Below are positions 25,954 to 40,078 of a DNA stretch of 64,000 bases, in pieces; within the stretch, counting starts at the first letter, position 1; each line of letters begins with the position of its first letter. Below the pieces are notes generated by a model, which saw only the letters and a program-made list of their open reading frames with translations, searched no databases and was not told the origin of the DNA. The position numbers and the translations under genes are program-made. This DNA comes from Octopus sinensis (lineage: Eukaryota). The stretch spans positions 67,394,001 to 67,458,000 of the forward strand of contig NC_043009.1 of the NCBI RefSeq assembly GCF_006345805.1, written 5' to 3'.

Positions 25954-26876
25954 TCCTGCCTCACTGAGGACTGGTCAACCCCTGTAGTGTTGGTGCCACA
26001 GGAACAATGCACCCAATACAGTCTGTAAAGTGCTTGGCAATTGGAAGTACATTCGGCTGGCGAAACTAAGGCAAGTGACTTGTGATAAGCAACAGTGTAT
26101 GGAAGCAGTGGCACCCAGTAAGAAATGACGCAGACCATGAAGAGCCATCCAATGCATGCTGACATGGAAAACAGACGTAAAATGATGACGACGATGACGT
26201 GTGTGTGTGTGTGTGTGTGTTGTATGTTTGTGTGTTGTATGTTTGTGCAAGTGTGCACATATGTCCTAGTTTGGCTGTTCCTGGAATCTATCAAAGAATG
26301 TCAAAGTGGAGCAAATGATACCTCACAGACCAATTTATGCAGTGGGAATCTCTCAGAATGAAACTGTTAATATATTTCAATAACTTATTCAAATAGCTAC
26401 AGTCTTGCACACACACACACACACACACACCATAAGAGAGAAACTTTTTTAAATGCAGTGAATTTGCCTTTAGTGGTTGAAATATGTCACAAACATATTT
26501 CAACTAATCTAAAGTTTGTTTATATATATATCATCATCATCATCATCATCATTTAATGTCTGTTTTCCATGCTGGCATGGGTTGGACGGTTTGACTGAGG
26601 TCTGGAGAGCCAGTGGCTGCACCAGGCTCCAATGTGACCTGACAATGTTTCTACAGCTGGATGTCCTTCCTAATGCCAACCACTCCGAGAGTGCAGTAGG
26701 TGCTTTTTACGTGTAAGTGGCATAGGAGCCAGTCAGGCGGGCCTGGCTTTGATCATGTTCGGATAGTGCTTTTTATGTGCCACCAGCATGGAGGCTAGTC
26801 AGTGGCTACTGGCATCGGCTACGTTCGGATGGTGCTTTTTACATGCCACCGGCACAGGAGCCAGTCAGGTGGACCT

Positions 26877-26911
<35 letters not shown>

Positions 26912-28829
26912 TATTTCTTTTAGTTCTTGTTTATTTATCTTGTTCGTATGTATGTGTGTGTGTGTATGTGTGTGTGTGTCTCCTTGTCTAGACATCATGT
27001 GATGGTTACCAATGAGGATCACTATCACATAAGCACTGTTGTTCTACAGTTTTCCCATGAAAATGATGTCTGGCCACGAGGAAATATTACTTTGCTTGGA
27101 AACAGTTGAGGGTTGATGACAGGAAGAGCATCCGGCTAGAAGAAAATCTGCCTCAGCAAATTCAGGGAAACACATGCAAGCAGGGAAACACTGACATTAA
27201 ATGATGATGATATTGATAATGATGGTGATGATGAATGGTTTATTTCTTCCTCTCCACTATTATTGTCTGTTGTAAATCTGTCGTCAGTATTAACACTATA
27301 CCGACTGTGTATAACTCAGCTTTGTTCTGTTTTGATTTTGAATGAAGTCCTTCAATGAGGTCATCCACATTTCGGCTGTATGTCGTGATTCTAACTGAAA
27401 ACTGCACAATCTTCCCATTAAAGTCGGTGTTATTACATGAGAAACTCTTTTAGTTTACATAAGGCTTTGGCTGGCCCGAGGCTATAAGTAGAAAACACTT
27501 GCTCAAAGTGGCACACTATGGGACTGAACCCAGAACCATGTAATTGAGAGGCAAACTTCTTACCTCACAGCCATGCCTATATGCCATCATTTAATTTCAC
27601 GAGCAGGCTGTTCTGTTGATCGGATCAACTGGAACCCTCGTCATCGTAACCGACGGAGTGCAACGACATGGACATATGATGTTATTTTTATAAAATCACG
27701 AAGATCTCAGTGAATTCGTCATGGGTGGAAACAGGTGGGGGTTAGCGACAGGAATGGTATCTGGCGATAGAAAATTTGCCACAGTAAGTTACATCTGACG
27801 CAAGCATCCATGATGGTGCCATGTAAAAAGCACCCAGAACATTCTGTAAAGTGGTTGATGTTAGGAAGGACATGATGCTGCAGAAAGAAGACCAAAACAT
27901 ACAATCGGAGCCTTGTGCAGCTTGCCAGCTCCTCTGAAATCTTCAAACCATGGCAGCATGGAAAACGGAAATTAAACGATGAAGAGGACGATGATGACAA
28001 CAACAACATATGTATACAAAATATTGAGTGTATTGTTTTGGCAGGAGTGCCTTTGTGGTACTTCATTTTTGGAGTGGGTTATTGAAATTCAAGTGAAATT
28101 TCATAAGTAATTAAAAGTCACCCCTGAAATGTGCCTCTCTGTTACAATAATAAAAATAATCTGTTTGAAATAATAATAAATTCTTGCCTAATTATCGTGG
28201 TTCTTAATCAACAAATTGCCTGACAACTGACTGTTTGATTTTTTGGGGGGCAATGCCAGGTGTATTGGTGTATGTGTGTGTGTAGATATATGTCTCTGGG
28301 TGTATATGTATATTTGTATTTTACCAACAGAAAGTAAATTTTGAAAGCTGTAAGAACAGCAAAGAAAGATTAGGTATTTGTCCTTATAAGATGGGAAAAT
28401 GTTACCATAGCTACTGGCAACTTTTTTCCATCTTCTAAGGATAAAAACCCAATATTTCCCTGCTGTTCTTACAACTTTACTAGTTTTGAAATTTACTCTC
28501 TTGTCTGTAAAATATCAACCAGAGCCGACGCTTCCAAAGTTTGCTTATAAAATGTCGTCGTATATATGTATGAGTGTATATGTGTATCTGTATATATATA
28601 TTTGTGTATAAATATTTGTGTTCGTGTGTATATATATATATATATATGTGTATGTGTATGTTTATAGAGAAATATTTGTGTATATGTAACATCCATCCAT
28701 CCATCCATCCATCCCTCTTCCACCTGGCACATCATCCCTCTGCCTTCTCATCTATTCTCCTTTCTGAGCCATTTCTGTCTCTCTCACCTGACCATTCTCT
28801 ACACTGATATTTCCCATCAACCACACCTC

Positions 28830-29640
28830 TGCCCTTCTTAATCACCCCCTATGTTCACCTCTACCCCCTGTCTCTTGCCATCCATTGCTCTTCTCTCTCC
28901 CTCCTGTCCTCTTTCCTTATTCTCTCTTACATTCACCTTGTGTCTCGAGAGTCCGCTCTGGCACCTCATCACCACCATGTTCATCTTCTTTCCATCTACT
29001 CTCACCTACCTTTATATAATCTGGGGTGGTCCTGTATTATTAGTCCATCTGCTGTTGTCAATGACCAAGGACATCACATGGGAGAAGACGATGGGGCATC
29101 ATGTGACCGACTGTGTAGCCAATCAGTCCAGAAGGTTCTGCCACAGACGGGGCACTGGTAGTCTGTTGGGACCGAAGGCGCTGTATGGGGCACTGGTAGT
29201 CTGTTGGGATCGAAGGCTCTGCCACAGATGGGGCACTGGTAGTCTGTTGGGACCGAAGGCTCTGCCACAGATGGGGCACTGGTAGTCTGTTGGGACTGAA
29301 GGCTCTGCCACAGATGGGGCACTGGTAGTCTGGTGGGACAGAAGGCAAGGTGTTGGCACTGGACTTGCGTAGTTTATGTCTTCATTGCGCCCCAGCAATT
29401 CTGTTCTGTTCATAGGGGGTGGCACCTCTGTTGGTGCTGTTTCACTAGGCAAGGTGGTCTTGTGCTTGCATATCCCAGGTGTCCAGGGTCGATCTCTCTG
29501 CTCTTCAGTGAGGCTTTGGGTGTGTCCTTGAACTGTTTATTTTCTGCCCTCCTTCTGTGTGGTTGCCTTTCACCAGTTTGCTCTGAAACAATCTCTTGTG
29601 GTGTCATCTATCAGGTATGCATCAGGTATGTCTCTGTGTC
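28830..29640 (-). mobile_element. RTE-clade LINE 3' end, decayed
   Basis: ORF 29410-29607 ...KQFKDTPKASLKSREIDP... resembles the RTE/BovB C-terminus GGQKKRFKDTLKASLK. Confidence 0.65.
29139..29345. repeat. 43-bp minisatellite, 5 units (one shortened to 38 bp)
   Basis: CTGCCACAGATGGGGCACTGGTAGTCTGTTGGGACCGAAGGCT repeated. Confidence 0.95.
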
Positions 29641-29658
29641 ATATTTCATCTATCTCAT

Positions 29659-29701
<43 letters not shown>

Positions 29702-31249
29702 ACTCAATCCATGTCGTAAAGCCACCTTCCCCTCTCTCAGACACCCCACCTCTCAACTGAGAAGATCCTTTCTTCTCTTCTCTTACAATTTATTTGGTGA
29801 TCTCTCCAGTACTGGTGATATTAAAAAAAAAAAACGGCCCCAAAAAACACTCAGGACTCACCATAAAGTGGTTGGCATTGGGAAGGACATCCAGCCAAAG
29901 GGACCATGCCAAAGTAGACACTGGAGCTCAACAGAGACCTGTGGTTTGCTGGATCCTGTTAAACCGACCAACTCACGCTAGCATTGAAAATAGGTGTTAA
30001 ATAATGATGACGATGACGGTAAACCTGGAAACAAATGGAAATATTATCTGTGCAGCTGTGCTACCACCAAATTAGTTCAAACACATAACAAGGCTATTGT
30101 TAATGTTGTTCCTGTTGCTATTTATGTCATTTCTCCCGTTTTTATCAGTAATAGTATTGTTGTTGTTGTTATTGTTTTTTCACTGACACCAACGTTGTTA
30201 ATGTTGTTAACAAGCATATTTGTTTTGTTGCAGATATGTTTCTTGTTAAATAGACTTGTCCCTTCTCGAGATAACCATACTCAAACTGACGACGTATCAC
30301 ACAGAGGTGGTAGACACGGAACATTTGGAGAGGGCCCACTGTGTCTAGACTAGGGAATCTGTGATGATTCAGTGCCTACAGGACCCCTGTTATTTGTTTG
30401 GCACAGTGCTGCCATCTAATGTTATGTGAATAAGTATCGAGAACATGCAAGTGTGGCTGTGTGGTAAGAAGTTAGCTTTCAGACCACGTGGTTCTGGGTT
30501 CAGTTCCACTGCATAACACCTCGGGCAAGTGTCTTCTACTACAGCCCCAGGCTAACCAAAGCCTTGTGAGTGGATTTGGTCAACCGAAACTGAAAGAAGC
30601 TTGTCATTTGGGGACAAGCTCTGGTGTTGGTGCCATGTAAAAAGCACCCAGTACACTCAGTAATGTGGTTGGCATTAGGAAGGGCATCCAGCTGTAGAAA
30701 CCACACCAGAACAGGTAATAGAGCCTGGTGTGGCCCCTGGCCTTGCTAGCACCTGTCAAACCATCCAACCCATGTCAGTGTAGACAATGCATGTTAAATG
30801 ATGATGATGATGATGATGATGATGGTGCATGTGTGTTCGTGTCTCCTTGACTTGACTCTGTAGGGTAGTTGTAAATGAGCCTCACCCTCATGCAAGCAGT
30901 GTCCTTTCTTTCTGATCTTCTGTAAAAACATGTCTGGTTATGGGGAAATATCACCTGACTTGGAAACAGGCAAGAGTTGGTGACAGGAAGGGCATGCAGC
31001 CACAGAAAATCCACCTCGACAAATTCTGCCTGATCCATGTCAGCATTGAAAGGTGGACATTAATGATGATGATGACGATGACGATGATGGTGATGATGAT
31101 GATGACGATGAACACATTGTATGAGGTACTGTTTGGTAGTGTGGAGATGTGGGAAATACCCATTTGGCTTTGTTAAGAAACAGATTCATGTAAATGCTCA
31201 GTTGTCTCTATTACACAGTTTCAACCTGGAGAGATGTGACACTTGCTTT

Positions 31250-31932
31250 ATTATTACCTTTGCCTTAGTGAAGGCATTGTTTTCAATCATGTTTGTTCTT
31301 TGACAAGATATCTCAAGAACCGCTGGATGGATTCGGATGAAACTTTCAGGGATGTTTGTCCTCGTGACTGGCACGAACTGATTAGATTTGGGGATTGATC
31401 CTGTACCAGACAAGGATTCTGGATTATTTTTCCTGTCTTTTTTTTTAGTTAATTTTTGAAAGCAGTCGGGTTTATTTTTAGTATGTGCTTGAGGAGACCT
31501 ATTGAGTCAAGTACATCAACATCAAAAAATCAAATGGAAATTGTAGTTGTGATACCTGTGCCAGTGACACGTAAAAAGGACCATCCGAATGTGGCCGATG
31601 CCAGCGCCGCCATGACTGGCTTCTGTGCCAGTGGCACCAAAAAACACTCAAAAAACTCATGGAGTGGTTGGCGTTAGGAAGGCCACCCAGCTGTAGAAAC
31701 ACTACCAGATCAGACTGGAGCCTGGTGCAGCCTCCTGGCTTCCCAGACCCCGGTCGAACCATCCAACCCATGCTAGCATGGAAAACGGACGTTAAACGAT
31801 AATGATGATGATGTTTGTGAGAGCAATCAAGTTTATTTCAGATATTCTCATTTTAAAAATCATCTCTGGCTAATCGTTGAGAGGACATTGGTGTTGCCTT
31901 GGCGGAGGTTTGCACTCTCTGAGTGCTCTTGT
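31250..31932 (+). mobile_element. Helentron-like non-autonomous element interrupted by a family-C SINE (31505-31811)
   Basis: 5' TTATTACCTTTGCCTT...GGATGGATTCGGATGAAACTTTCAGG; 3' CCTTGGCGGAGGTTTGCACTCTCTGAGTGCTCTTGT. Confidence 0.55.
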
Positions 31933-32435
31933 AAGCGTTGATGTTAAGGTGACAAGAATCGTTAACACAGCATGCAAAACACTTAGCGGTGTTCTGTCTG
32001 GTTTTATGTTCTGAGTTCAAGTTCTGTCAAAGTTGGCTTTGCTGTTTATCCATTTGGGGGGTCGATAAAAATTAGTCTTGATGTTATTTAATCTGATGGC
32101 AGCACTGTCAAGTAGATTCATGATCAAAGGCATTCCAGCCAGGATCATCCCCTCTTAATTTTTTTCTTTTCTGCGCAATGTATGTAGGATTGAGGAAGAT
32201 TTGGCTGCTATTTCAAGTGACCACTTATTGATTCTCTCATTGTTTTCTACTTATGCTGTTGTTATTGTTTTTCTTTGTTCTGAGTCTGAATTTTGTTTGG
32301 TTTGTGGCAGAGTTTGTTTCTGAAACAAGAGGAAGGAAAGACGACACCTTGTTAGATTTCAAACACGTCAAACGGATCGACTTTCTTTTCCCTAATGTTT
32401 CATTAATTTTCTTTTTTTTCCTTCTTAAATTGCAG

Positions 32436-33000
32436 TATGCCACCACCACCACCACCACCACTACTACCACCACCAATAGCACCAACACCATTGCCACTAC
32501 CACAACCACCATCACCATCACAACCACCATCACCACCACCAACACCATCACAACCACCACCACCACCGCCATCATCACAATCACCACCACCACCACCACC
32601 ACCATTACCACCACTGCCATCACCACAGCCACCACCACCACCATCGTCACCCACCCACTATCACCACTACCACTGCTGCAGCCACCACCACCACTATTGC
32701 AACTACCACTACCACCGCCATCACCACAACCATCAACACTATCACTACCACCATCATTGCTGCTACCACCACCGCAACTATTACATCACAATCACCAGCA
32801 CTACAGTGAACATGCTCATTACCAAGGCAACTTCAAACGTCACCCTTGACACCTTCACCATAACCACTACTACCACCATCACTTACACCAACACCAACAC
32901 CAACAACCCCATCCCCACCATCACCACCCCTGCTGTCACTTTAACTAAAATAGCAACAAGCATCACCACCACCACCACCGCCACCCCCTCCACCACAGTA
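32436..33000. repeat. Degenerate (ACC)n trinucleotide tract
   Basis: Direct reading; explains the poly-Thr/Pro/Val/Gly ORFs. Confidence 0.95.
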
Positions 33001-35937
33001 ATTGCCTCTACAAACTCATGCTTTCCCCCATCTCCGCCAGTAACGAAGTGGTCAGTGATAACATGATGTATAAGTGAACAGGATATCTAGGTTCACATCC
33101 TGGTTGTACTTTTAAACCCCCTCCCCCCTCTCTGTCAACCTTACTTCTTTCTTCTCACGCTCATTCCTTCTATTTTATCCCCCTCCTCCTCCTCCTCTTT
33201 CTATCTCTCACTCTTTTCCCTCCTACTCCTTGAGCTTAAAATAGTCATGAGACAAAATCAAAACAATCTCAAAACAATTAAAACAAATTTTTTTTGTTTT
33301 TGATAATTAAATAATCAATGGCGGTGCCCCAGCATGGCCACAGCTTGTGAGCTGAAACTAAATAAAATTTTAAAAAATAATGACTTTCAGATTGTGACAC
33401 AGAGCCAGCAATTTTGAGGGAGGAAGTAAGTTGATTGCATCAACCCCCAGTGTCCAGCTGGTACTCATTTTGTCGACCCTGAAAGGGTGAAAGGTAAAGT
33501 CGACCTTGGCGGAATTTGAACTGAGAACATACAGATGGATAAAAAAAAATGCTGCTAAGCATTTCGACCCAGGGGTGCTAAGGATTCTGTCAGCTTGCCT
33601 TTTTAATTATATAAGACCTTCAAGCATACTTGTGATGCTTTTATCTCATCATCATCATCATCATCAAATGTCTGTTTTCCATGCTGGTATGGGTTGGATG
33701 GTTTGACACGGAGCTGGTCAGCCATGAAGCTGTTCAGACTCCAATTGTCTGTTATGGCATGGTTTCTACAGCTGGATGCCATTCCTAACACCAACCACTC
33801 AGCAGAGTGTGCTGGGTTCTCTTAGTGTGCCACTGGCATGGGTGCATTTTATGTGTCGCTGGCTTGGATGCATTCATGCAGCAGTGGCATGAATGTATTG
33901 TAAGTCCTCCGGCACGATTGCATTTCAAGTGGCATTGGCACCTGTAAAGGGCAAGTTTGTATGGATGGATGACAGCGATTTTACACATGAATTTAATTCC
34001 AAGAAGCCACACTTTTTCAACAAGTATCAAAACATCTTTCATGAGTTTATGTGAATTGTTTTGAAAATACAAAACACAAAACCCAATTATCCCTCTGGTT
34101 GTAAATGTACCTGCTTCAGTGAAACCATTCTTCGATCAAGATGACTTGCAATAGTTTCAGACACAGACAATCCATGTTTTTTCAACAATGTTGAATGTTT
34201 GCAAAGATTCTATAATTTTACCATTATCTCCGGCATAGAAGTCAGTGTACTATATACTGTAAGCATCCAGACATTGTCCTTATCTTTACAAAATCTGCTG
34301 CATTTCACCTGGAATTTTGGACCTCCAAAGTCATTTTGGTATATGGGTCAAATCATGGTTTTTGGCCGTAAATTTTGGTCTGAAAAATTTGGTTTTTATG
34401 CCATAAAATTCAGTACTTATTGGTGTTCATTAAACTGCTTATAAAGTGACTCAGAATGTTTCTGATCTATCTTCTTGATTTTGTTCATGGTGGCCAACGA
34501 CAGTGCCACGTGATTGGCAACCGTGCCGGTGGCACGTAAAAAGCACCATTTGAGCTTGGTTGATGCCAGTGCTGTCTGACTGGCTCTTGTGCCAGTGGCA
34601 TGTAAAAAGCACCATTTGAACATGGTCAATGCCAATGCTGGCTAACTGGTCCCATGTCAGTGAGCGTGGTCGTTGCCAGTGCCGCCTGACTAACTCCTGT
34701 GCTGGTGGCATATAAAAAGCACCATCCAAGTGCAGCTGATGCCAGTACCGCCTGACTGGCCCTCGTGCACCCACTACACTCCTGGAGTGGTTGGTGTTAA
34801 GAAGGGCATCCAGCTGTAGAAACATTGCCAGATTGGATTGGAGCCTGGTACAGCCTTCTGGCTCACCAGCCCTCAGTCAAACCGTCCAACCCATGCCAGC
34901 ATGGAAAGTGGACGTTAAATGATGACGATGATGATGAGTGGGAAAGCAACTACTCTCTCCTCTCCTCAATCCCTGTTTATATCCTCCCGTATGCTCCCTT
35001 TGTTTCTTGAGATTTTGCCCTAGCATCCCATCATGACTTTCCTGTGTCTCCTCTACAGCAAGACACCTGTGCTCATCCCTTTTTTAGCCTTTCAACTCCT
35101 GGCATACAGCCACCCACTGCCACCTTCCTCTCCCTCTTAGTTGTGGGAGCTGTTTTCTTTTCTATCTTACAAGTTACATGGCAACTTCACGAGTTGATGA
35201 TGCCATGACAAAAAAGCATCTGGCCCACTCTGCAGAGTGGTTGGTATTAGGAAGGGCTTCCAGCCGTAGAAACCCTGCCAAAACAGAAACAGTAACCTAG
35301 GGTAGTTTTCTACCTGGCTGGCTCCTGTCAGCCATCCTACCCATGCACGCATGGGAGACAGACGTTAAATGACGAAGATGATGATCCAACTGTAGATAAT
35401 GTGCCAAAGGTGACATTGGGTCTAGGCACAGTCCCGTAGCTTGCTGGTTCCTTGTCGAAGTGTCCAACCCATGCCAGCAGGGAAAGCAGATGTTAAATGA
35501 TGATGATGATGTCCCTACTGCACTGCCAATGGGATGTAATATATATCTGTGCACCCATTTACACGATGACGTCTTTTCAACTTCATGTACAGCAGCAATG
35601 TATTCTATATTTTCTCCTTCGGCAGCAGAGAAGTGGCACACCGTACAAGGTCCGAGGGGAAACTTGTTGTACGAGCCCTGCTTTCTTCTCTGTTTGACAC
35701 CTTGGGAAATAGAAATACATGTAGCTTGAGACAAGCTGTCATTTATTTGAGACTGAATTTCAGCATCCAATAGAGCCATAAATAGATGCAGAAATGGCTG
35801 AAGTCAAATGATGAAATAAATTCAGATTTAAAACAAACCAAGGAAAGTTCAAACAATGGGAAACCGAGACAAAAATTGTGTTTGGTCAAAATATCTCCTA
35901 CTTCACCATTTGCTTTGAGATTGTTTTAATATATAGT

Positions 35938-36317
35938 AGAAGCGCAAATGGCCCAGTGGTTAGGGCAGCGGACTCGTGGTCGTAGGATCACGGTTTCGAT
36001 TTCCAGACCGGGTATTGTGAGTATTTATTGAGCAAAAGCATCTAAAGCTCCACGAGGCTCTGGCAGGATGTGGTGGCGAACCCTGCTGTATTCTTTCACT
36101 ACAACTTTCTCTCACTCTTTCTTCCTGTTTCTGTTGTGCCTGTATTTCAAAAGGACCAGCCTTGTCACACTCTGTGTCATGCAGAATCTCTCCAGGAGCT
36201 ATGTTAAGGGTACACATGCCTGCGGAGTGCTCTGCCATTTGCACATAAATTTCACAAGCAGGCTGTTCCGTTGATCGGATCAACTGGAACCCTCGTCGTC
36301 GTAACCGACAGAGTGCC
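35938..36317 (+). mobile_element. Family-D tRNA SINE
   Basis: TGGCCCAGTGGTTAGGGCAGCGGACTCGTGGTC...GTTTCGATTTCC head; tail GGAACCCTCGTCGTCGTAACCGAC. Confidence 0.85.
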
Positions 36318-36469
36318 ATGATTTCAATATGTACTTGAATAGATATAGTTCTGTAATTGTGTATCCAAACTAATTATTTAAACAAATTAACTTAACACTT
36401 TTGATATCGGCCCACTAGAGACACCTATGGTCCTGTGATACAAACTTCCACTTTTCAAATGATCTGAAC

Positions 36470-36955
36470 CAGCAGTTTCCAACCATTTTTAACCTATGGA
36501 CCCTTATGGTACCTATTTTACTTGGATGGACCTTCTTCATAACTATTCAGCATTTAAGAATAAAAAATTCCATTATATTCTTATAATGAAACATTAGCTC
36601 AGTGCTTTTCAAACTTTTTGTTGGAGCGGAACCCCTTGGAAACATTCCACTGGCTCGAGGAACCCCTGTGCAATAATTTGTCTTATGCACACATATCTGC
36701 ACAGGAGAATTAAAAATTACTGCCGATTTTAGCAGTTTTGTAACTTCTTGCGGAACCCCTGGACTGTACTGGCGGAACCCTAAGGTTCCGCGGAACCCTG
36801 GTTGAAAACCACTGCATTAGCTAGTGTATAAAAATTGAGTTTAAATTTTTTGGGTATTGTAGAATTCTAACCAGTTTATTGCACATAAACTCTAACAGTA
36901 AAATCTTATGTGGACCCCACCAAGGGTTCTGTGGATCCTGGTTGAAAACCCACTG
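36470..36955 (+). mobile_element. Older hAT-type MITE containing a nested MITE
   Basis: Ends CAGCAGTTTCCAACC / GGTTGAAAACCCACTG; imperfect TSD ATCTGAAC/ATCTCAAT. Confidence 0.6.
36600..36814 (-). mobile_element. hAT-type MITE, inverted copy of 3107-3306
   Basis: TIRs CAGTGCTTTTCAA / TTGAAAACCACTG; perfect 8-bp TSD CATTAGCT. Confidence 0.9.
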
Positions 36956-37012
36956 ATCTCAATTAAAACCTTCCATCAAAATTTCGTGCTAATTTATGTC
37001 CTGAGCACCAGG

Positions 37013-37213
37013 TTAACCCATTCATTGCTGTATTTATTTTGAGATGTTCTGTGTTTCTTTCAATTAATTTTAAATATATCAAAGAATTTTGTAAAATAAC
37101 TTAGTCATCATTCAGCTAGGAACATAAATTGTGACTAAGGTTTGGTGGAAGATTTTAATTCAAAACTTACTCAGAGCCAGAGCCAGTTTCAGCCAGGTTG
37201 GTAACGAAAGGGT
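37013..37213 (+). mobile_element. piggyBac-like MITE family P2
   Basis: TTAACCCATTCATTGC...GGTAACGAAAGGGT; second copy at 58672-58902 ends CGAAAGGGTTAA. Confidence 0.65.
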
Positions 37214-38189
37214 CTATAATGACAAAGTTACTTAACTAAGTTCTTTATTAATTTTTGAAATTAATGGAGCAGAAGCAGAGTATTTTAACTGATATATGGT
37301 TCCAAAAGGGGTTAATATATATTGAAAATAAGTATGTTTCCAAACTAGTTTGATAATTCTAAAACATAGTTCACTAATTATCCATACACACTTGTTCTTT
37401 GACCATCTATAAAAATTAATTAAATAATAATTATTCCCATTTGCTTACTATCTGTCTAAAATGATTGTTTAATTATCTATCAAATTTAGTTAATTATGTA
37501 TGCAAATGAATTAACAATCTACAAACTGGCTCACTAATTAACCAAGCTAATGAATCTACTAACTTGTCTATCGAAACTAGTTAACAAGCTTTACAATTTA
37601 GTTCACTAACCATTTTCCCTGAACTATTTAACTAAGAAGCCAACCCTATCCACTTCTTCTATAAAACCTAACCTACTAACTAGAACTCTAACCAGCCCTA
37701 ACCACTCGATTCTAACTCTAACCCTAACCCACTGAGTTTTCTTTAAGTAGTTCTTGTTCCATTTTAAAATTCACCACTTTGCATTGGTTGCTAAGATTGC
37801 AGCAGGAAGGAGAGGACGAGGGACAGGGGGAAAGGAAGAGGAGGAGGAGAACTTGAGAACAAAGATTATGAGAGGGAAGAGGAGGGGAGAGAGAGAGAGA
37901 GAGAAAAAAAGGAAAAGGAAAAGGAGGGAGTGAGAGGTGATAGTGAGGAGGATGTCTCGAGGAAGAGGAAAGAGTTTGTGTTTGTTTTGCGTGTGTGTGA
38001 ATGTGTTTGTTGTTGTTGTGTAGTTCTGAAGTAAGTCTGTGTTTGGAATACATGTATATATACGCTTCCTTGGTCCATCATCATTATTATCACCAAAGAA
38101 ATGCTCGGAGATTTAATGTACCGACTCCTCGGATGGCTACCTGACTATGTAAATAACTTATTTACAACATATTTTATCTACTCTCTCTC

Positions 38190-38910
38190 CATTCTCTCTC
38201 TCTCTCTCTCTCTTTAGATATTTCCTATGTATGTCTGTTTTAGGAGAGAAGTATTGTTTATGTCTCATTCTGTCTCTGTTCTCTCTTTGTCTCTCTTACT
38301 TAATTTCTATCAGCCAGTCTCTCTTACTCAATCTCTCTTACTCAATCTCTCTCTCTCTCTTTTTCTCTCTCTACTTTACTCAGTCTCTCTTTCTCTCTCA
38401 TTCAGTCTGTTCCTACCTTACTTAATCTCTCTTTCTCAGTCAATCTCTCTTATTCTTGGTCTCTCTCTCTCTCTTTTGCTGAGTTTCTCTCTCTATTTCA
38501 CTCAATCTCTCTTTGTCTCACACTCAGTCTCTCTCTGCCTTACTCAACCTCTCTTTCTCAGTCAATCTCTCTTATTATTCTCTGTCTCTCTCTCTTTAGC
38601 TGAGTCTCTCTCTCTCTCTTTCTCTGCTTCATTCACTCTCTCTTTCTCTTACACACAGTCTCTCTTTCTCAGTCACTCTCTCTCTCTCTCATTCTCTGTC
38701 TCTCTTTCGCTCCTCCACTGAGTCTCTGTCTTTCCTTTGCTCTCTCTCTCTCTCTCTGCTTCATTCACTCTCTCTTTCTCTTACACACAGTCTCTCTTTC
38801 TCAGTCACTCTCTCTCTCTCATTCTCTGTCTCTCTTTCGCTCCTCCACTGAGTCTCTGTCTTTCCTTTACTCTCTCCCTTTCTCTCTCTCTCTCTTTCTC
38901 TCTCCATTAT
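38190..38910. repeat. CT-rich degenerate polypyrimidine tract with an internal ~128-bp duplication
   Basis: TCTGCTTCATTCACTCTCTCTTTCTCTTACACACAG...GCTCCTCCACTGAGTCTCTGTCTTTCCTTT occurs twice (about 38620 and 38750). Confidence 0.9.
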
Positions 38911-39684
38911 ATTTCTCTGACATTCCAGAGGAAGTCAGACATATATTACTATTGTTCACGTTGTCAAGGTTTTTTTTTTGTTGTTTTTACAGAACCCCAA
39001 ACTGACAGTCTCACATGTCAACACAAACATATTCACCAAGCGACAATTGATGTACACATCACATGCAAATGCACACATCAACATCCTTGTGCACATATCA
39101 TATCACAAACATACAAACAGCATCAATGCACCTCACCATATCACACACATGCGCTTACATGTAACACCCAATGTATACATAACACACACAGACACACACA
39201 CACACACACACATCCATGCCCGCAAACATCACACTTGCCAAATTGCATATGACGCACCAACATTCATGTATGCACCACATCACAAACTAACACCCACTGC
39301 ACATGCTATGACACAAACATGCATGCACACCAACATCCACATATGCATATGTACGTATTTCATCTGGCGTTATGTTCTGAGTTCAAATTCCGCCGAGGTC
39401 GACTTTGCCTTTCATCCTTTTGGGGTCGCTAAATTAAGTGCCAGTTACGCACTGGGGTCGATGTAATCGACTTAATCCGTTTGTCTGTCCTTGTTTGTCC
39501 CCTCTGTGTTTAGCCCCTTGTGGGTAGTAAAGAAATATATACATATGTACACCACATCAGATGCACATACACACCTGACATGCATGCGTAGATTACACAT
39601 ATATACATCCTGGCACACGTCATATCGCGCACACATACACACAAACATTCATGAACATACTGCGTAACACATGTATATACAATC

Positions 39685-40078
39685 AGTAGCATTTAAACTG
39701 GTCACATCTGGCCCAAATATTCTGTTTTATGCTCAAACCAGCCATATCAGGCCTCTCACACTTGTCTTACAATGATCTTCTAAAAATAAGCAATGACAGC
39801 ACTATAATCTTGAGGCTACAAGATAATGTATGATTAATTCTAAATCTCATCATCATCATCGTCGTCATTGTTTAACGTCCGCTTTCCATGCTGGCATGAA
39901 CTGGATGGTTTGACTGAGAACTGGCAAGCCAGAAGGCTGCACCAGGCTCCAATCCAATCTAGCACAGTTTCTACAGCTGGACGCCCTTCCTAATGCCAAC
40001 CATTCTGAGAGTAGTAAATAAATGTGAATAAATAAGCATTACATTTGACCCAAGTTGTTTGAATGCTAAAGGATTAAG
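39685..40078 (-). mobile_element. MITE P1 split by a family-C SINE (about 39846-40012)
   Basis: TAGCATTTAAACTGGTCACATCTGGCCCAAATATTCT at the start; TGAATGCTAAAGGATTAA at the end. Confidence 0.7.

Noticed and set aside
30236-30353. Exon candidate after TTGCAG
   Set aside because: No good donor before the stop codon, and the peptide is unrecognisable.
32237-33066. Mucin-like or Pro/Gly-rich ORFs
   Set aside because: Open in several frames on both strands because of (ACC)n; no convincing splice signals.
37643-37730. Interstitial telomeric repeat
   Set aside because: Only a few degenerate TAACCC/TAACTC units; compatible with chance or low-complexity sequence.
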